Shown one piece after another: positions 62,961 to 64,000 of a DNA stretch of 64,000 nt. The stretch is from Hemiscyllium ocellatum (taxonomy: Eukaryota). Within the stretch, counting starts at the first letter, position 1. Every line of letters begins with the position of its first letter. The DNA is taken from contig NC_083409.1 in NCBI RefSeq assembly GCF_020745735.1, positions 15,657,873 to 15,721,872 of the forward strand, read 5' to 3'. A model generated the notes under the pieces. It made no database searches. It saw only the letters and a program-made list of their open reading frames with translations, and was not told the origin of the DNA. Made by a program: the position numbers and the translations under genes.

Positions 62961-63774
62961 CTGGAAACATTTTTGACAAGACACCTTGTTGCCAGATCCT
63001 TACTGCAACTTGATCCAGTTCATTCAGAAAGAGAAAAAGGACAATATGCAGATTGTTGAACAGGCCCCTACACCTGGGCCTGAGGCAGGGGCCCAAGCTC
63101 CAACACACTGGCCTCACTTCACACCAACCTTCACACAGAGTAAGGTCATGAACTCCAGCCAGCAATTCCTCTGGGACCGGGACGGAGTGAGGGAACAGGG
63201 ACAATGTCGAAAAATCAATAAGGAGTCAAGCAAGTTGGAGAGAGTGTGCTGGAAAGTGTTTGATGGAGGAAACGTTCTTTGTGATACCCAATACTGGCAT
63301 AGTCCATATGTCCTGCATATGGAATGCCCTGCCAGTAACAGTGGTGGACTCTCCCTCTTCATGGGCATTTAAACAGGCATTGGATAGGCATATGGAGGAT
63401 AGTGGGCTAGTGTAGGTGAAGTGGGCTTGGATCGGTGCAACATCAGTCAGTTGCTTCCTAGATATAATTTGATTCACCACCACTCTCTCCAGGGCAATTA
63501 GGGAAGGTCCGACACATCAACACACCCCCCCCCCACCCCACCCCCATCCCAGGAGAAATCAAAATAAATGGCGTATAATTCAAATGACCAAACTGGTGAG
63601 GCTTGAATTCATCTCTTTGAAAGACTGGAGTCTCGGCCAGAAACAGAGCCATGACATGGGTGAACCTGGTTTGTCAGACTGAAAGGGGGAGTATCCTTCA
63701 GATTGACACTGGGATCAGCAAAAAATGAATTACTCTCAAAGATCTAACAAATGGCTGTCAAAGTGTGCCCCCAA

Positions 63775-64000
63775 ACTGCAGAGAACAGCACTTTACATGT
63801 TTGAGGTGAGGGATGCCATGGTCGTCCCTGCTGATTACACTTGCAGGAAGTGCACCATCTCCAGCTCCTCCAAGACCGTGTTAGGGAACTGGAGCTGGGG
63901 TTGAATGAACTTCGGATCATTCGGGAGGCAGAGGCGGTCATAGATCGGAGCTTTAGGGAAGTAGTAACTCCAAAGATTGCAGACAGGTGGGTGATCAGAG
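63775..64000 (+). mobile_element. CR1 ORF1 start, running off the window end
   Basis: CRKCT-LQLLQDRVRELELGLNELRIIREAEAVIDRSFREVVTP. Confidence 0.75.

Overview
Vertebrate genomic DNA, very probably from a shark: the repeats are CR1 LINEs, V-SINE/HE1-type SINEs, Penelope-like elements and Tx1-clade LINEs, and the light chain has the cluster-type organisation. The main gene is one kappa-type (nurse-shark NS4-like) immunoglobulin light-chain cluster on +: promoter (11285-11338), leader (11399-11447), V (11634-11941), J with an intact 23-RSS (12142-12215) and C exon (23576-23904). The V has no recognisable 12-RSS, and an ATG-initiated open frame runs through the V-J interval into J. Two partial C-exon copies lie at about 38.3 kb (inverted) and 53.4 kb, the latter at the start of a roughly 30-kb-offset tandem duplicate of the 23.7-34 kb region. 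At 41.1-53.4 kb is a nested array of Tx1 LINEs. The youngest copy sits inside ORF1 of an older copy with a 17-bp target-site duplication, a second junction falls 5 nt from the same ORF1 position, and the last, ORF2-less copy abuts the middle of a C exon at a similar motif. An RNase L-like KEN-domain fragment lies at 60.7-60.9 kb (-). Many short Penelope-derived hammerhead or fold-back elements with target-site duplications are scattered throughout. Repeat boundaries are approximate and all family assignments are by eye, without database searches.
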